A stretch of 63,919 bases of DNA from NCBI GenBank assembly GCA_964016885.1, contig OZ024746.1, positions 91,264,082 through 91,328,000 of the forward strand, read 5' to 3'. Below the pieces are notes generated by a model that worked only from the letters and a program-made list of their open reading frames with translations, made no database searches and was not told where the DNA came from. Source of the DNA: Eledone cirrhosa. Lineage: Eukaryota. Below are positions 60,466 to 63,919 of the stretch, piece by piece (within the stretch, counting starts at the first letter, position 1; every line of letters begins with the position of its first letter). Position numbers and translations under genes: made by a program.

Positions 60466-61685
60466 GCCTTTTATTTGAATATAATGGGTGTTATATATAC
60501 ACATACATACATAAATACATATTTATATATACATATGTAGACACACACACATACATACACACATACATACACACATACATACACACATATATACACACAT
60601 ATATAATGTATGTATGTATATGTGTGTATGTACATAAATCTGAAGCAGAATCTATTGAATTATTTCAAAGAAATCTCATCAGTTGACATGATATCATTCC
60701 ATTATACCCCCCCACTCTCATCCTACATTCTTCTAAAGGGCATATTTGTTCTACGGTTCTGTCATAGATGCCTCTCAGTTTCAAATATAAACTATTAACT
60801 TACTACCATCCTTTCATATTACCATTACTATTATTATTAATATTTGATATTTTTAGCGACACACCAACTTGAATCTATGATATTCAATCTGACATGAAAC
60901 CACTTAGTTCTAACCACTTTACCCTTATCAGTTTCACCAATATTTAATACAACTATTAAGATGAAATCAAAGAACTTCAGTGAAAGACATCCTTTAATAT
61001 CAACGCAATCCAAGTACAAATTGTCCAGCTCTCATTATTCCCATTTGAATATTCATGTATATGAACCCCTTTATCTCTCTCTCTCTCCCCCTCTCTCTCC
61101 CCCTCCCTCTCTCTCTCTCTCCCCCTCTCTCTCATGATGTGTGTGTGTGTAATACAGGGATATTTTATGGGGCTCATGCCACTAAATCCTTCTGCTAGAG
61201 TCTGTTCTTGTTGAAGTCAGATTTATTTTTCATCTTTCTAGAATTCAAGGAATTGGCCAAGCCATTAGGGAATCAGATTAAAAGTGCCTGGGTATTGTAC
61301 CAGGTCACCGTGCTCTGTGTTCAAATCCCATGGAGGTCAAGAAGTCAACTTTACTTTTCATCCTTTTGCGGTCAATAAATAAAATGCCAGTCTAGTTTTG
61401 GGGTCAATTCTTTATATATCTCTCTTTTAGCACTTTCCCTGGAAAACATTGTCTGTTTTATGGAGAAGGATCAGTTCCAAGTTTGAAAGGACCAATACAT
61501 GTCAAGTGTCATAACAACACCTTTTTGATGCCATCTGGAGTTATGGGCCCTTTACCATATTTTTTATTACTATTTCATAATATATTTATTATTTTATATC
61601 ATAATTTGTGATCAATAGCATCATAGGCTACAGGTTTCCAATGAACCAATCACTGGTTCACTGCATTTGTAATGACACTGGAGTG

Positions 61686-62100
61686 TCATCATCATCATCA
61701 CTGTTTAACGTCCATTTTCCATGCTAGCATGGGTTAGATGAGTTGTTTCGTTATGAGACAAATCAGATAAGGTGACTGTGTCTTATTCATACAGAACTGT
61801 TTCTGGCTTGGTTTCTATGGATATCCTTCCCAACGCCAACCACATTTACAGTGTGGACTGGGTGTTTTTTTGTCTTGACGCCTACACGACCACTTCACAG
61901 TGTGTACTGGGTGCTTTTTGTCATGTCATCTGCACAACCACTTTACAGTGTGGACTGGGTGCTTTTTGTCATGTCACCTGCACAACCACTTTACAGTGTG
62001 GACTGGGTGCTTTTTGTCATGTCATCTGCACAACCACTTTACAGTGTGGACTAGGTGCTTTTTGTCATGTCACCTGCACAACCACTTTACAGTGTGGACT
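61686..62100 (-). mobile_element. RTE-3'UTR/SINE tail copy with ~5 48-bp units
   Basis: (CAT)n..CCATGCTAGCATGG tail; GGGTGCTTTTTGTCATGTCA.CTGCACAACCACTTTACAGTGTGGACT repeats. Confidence 0.82.
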
Positions 62101-62451
62101 GTCCCATCTCCACTGGAAATCACTACAGTTTCGATGAATTAGGGTTGGTATTGTTCATTCCATTGCACATTGAGACATATCATCATCATCTTCGTTTAAC
62201 ATCCATCTTCCACGCTAGCAATATATATATATATATAGGCCCCAGCATGGCCTCAGCCAGATGGCTGAAACAGGTAAAAGAGTAAAAGAGTAATATATAA
62301 ATTCCAAGTCTTCCCACTTTATCTTTGTGCTGACAATACAACAGACCAAATACAAATAAATAAGGAAAATATGTTTATTCAAAAATATAGACCAGCATTA
62401 AATATAGTTTAATATACATTAATATGTCAACACCATAACATGCTAACCATC

Positions 62452-62589
<138 letters not shown>

Positions 62590-62626
62590 GCTCTTCTACC
62601 AGAGTTAAATAGACTTTAACATACAT

Positions 62627-62813
62627 GGTGGTTTGGTAGTATCGGTAGAGGGTCGGACGCCATGCTTTCCAGCATAGAGTTGCGTCCCTTTATGATCTGA
62701 GTTCAAATCCCACCGAGGTTAACTTTGCCTTTCATCCTTATGGGGTCGATAAAATAAAGTACCAGTAATGTACTGGGTATTTGCTGGCCTTGTGCCAAAA
62801 GTAGAAACAATTA
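62627..62813 (+). mobile_element. SINE family A copy (5'-truncated copy also at 63136-63244)
   Basis: Full head to tail. Confidence 0.9.
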
Positions 62814-63319
62814 TTTTAACACCTTAACATGCTAACCATACCCCCCCCCCCCACACATATAACAACCATACACACACACACACACATAACTCCCTTCTCC
62901 ATTTCTACTAATGGAATCATTTTCCTACACACACACACACACATCCGCACACCAATAAAAATATATATCTCTATTTTCTACCCTGTCGCCACCACCACCA
63001 CTGCTATCCATACAAACATTCAATTTATTTCAATAGAAAGTCTGAATTTTGACACCTCAGCACATCAGCTATACTCACTGAACCAGAACAATTCTCCCCA
63101 TCCCTTTTTCTTGACCATTATCTTTTGTTTGGCAAAGAGTTCAAATCCCTCCGAGGTTAACTTTGCCTTTCATCCTTACAGGGTCGAAAGTACCAGTAAT
63201 ACACTGCGTAATTGCTGGCCTTGTGCCAAAAGTAGAAACAATTATCTTTTATTTGGCACAAAACTCTCTATGACAAATCATGTGACTGTGAAAACGGCTA
63301 CAATGAACCTCCAAATATG

Positions 63320-63670
63320 AACTGGCACGAAATGTAATGTACTTATTCACATGACAGTCATAACGAATTTAATTACATTCATAAAAAAACAACATTTTGA
63401 GCCACTTTTTTAAGTGAAAATGGCAATAAAGAACCCTTAAACGCGAACTGGTGCAAAGGTTGATGCGCTTATTCACGTGACAGTCATCAACCAATCAAAT
63501 TTCACTTATATATGCAAAAAAATTTGAGCCACTTTTTTAAAGGCAAATATAATAATAACTTTGTTATGCGAACTTGTGTGAAATATAATGTTATACTTAT
63601 TCTCGTGACGATCAGCAACCAGCCAAATTACTTTTCTAAAAAACATAGCATTTCGAGCCACTTTTTTCCA
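63320..63670. repeat. three diverged ~125-bp tandem units
   Basis: GAACT.G..(C/G)AAA..CTTATTC.C.TGAC..TCA....TT.GAGCCACTTTTTT recurs at about 63320, 63445 and 63570. Confidence 0.7.
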
Positions 63671-63919
63671 CATAAAACAGAAGTAACATTCGAACATCAA
63701 CCAGATGCAAGAAAAATCACAAACTCTCCATCTCAATTCTAATTTTCCGGTAAAGGAAACAAATAAATATTCTTAAAAAGACTCCAGTTGTATTTTCGAT
63801 TTCTTTTCCTTATACTTTCACTGGTGTAGGACATCTGGTTTTTTTGGTTTTTTTTTCATTTAAAATAAAACCTCATTTTCTTATATATATATATATAATA
63901 TATATATAATGTATATATA

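Noticed and set aside
60655-60690. Minus-strand CUGAUGA..GAAA
   Set aside because: No stem I and only a marginal stem II; chance match

Overview
AT-rich, repeat-saturated eukaryotic DNA with no intact protein-coding gene. The repeat landscape suggests an octopod cephalopod; this is inferred from recalled repeat families, not a database search. Almost all ORFs in the track are microsatellite or minisatellite artefacts. The real coding remnants are all transposon fragments: several RTE-clade LINE 3' ends, an R4/Dong-like restriction-like endonuclease, a Penelope-like GIY-YIG retroelement and a mariner transposase N-terminus. The rest is two tRNA-derived SINE families with a shared central domain, a CORE-type SINE, TTAA-flanked piggyBac-like MITEs, hAT, mariner and 9-bp-TSD MITEs, a non-autonomous Helitron and many minisatellites. 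Several minisatellites have grown inside DNA transposons or from their ends. The most notable non-obvious signals are: (i) a set of sequence-unrelated minimal type-I hammerhead ribozymes, one apparently intact at 39087-39181 (-), in Penelope-like termini; (ii) a strong AG|GTAAGA recursive-splice-site candidate at 30098/30099 and a 43-nt exon candidate, suggesting the window lies in a very long + strand intron; (iii) a fold-back MITE packed with palindromic CACGTG E-boxes; (iv) recurrent nesting of one piggyBac-like MITE in or next to another; (v) long inverted retroelement pairs that could form dsRNA. Coordinates were counted by eye; repeat boundaries are approximate.
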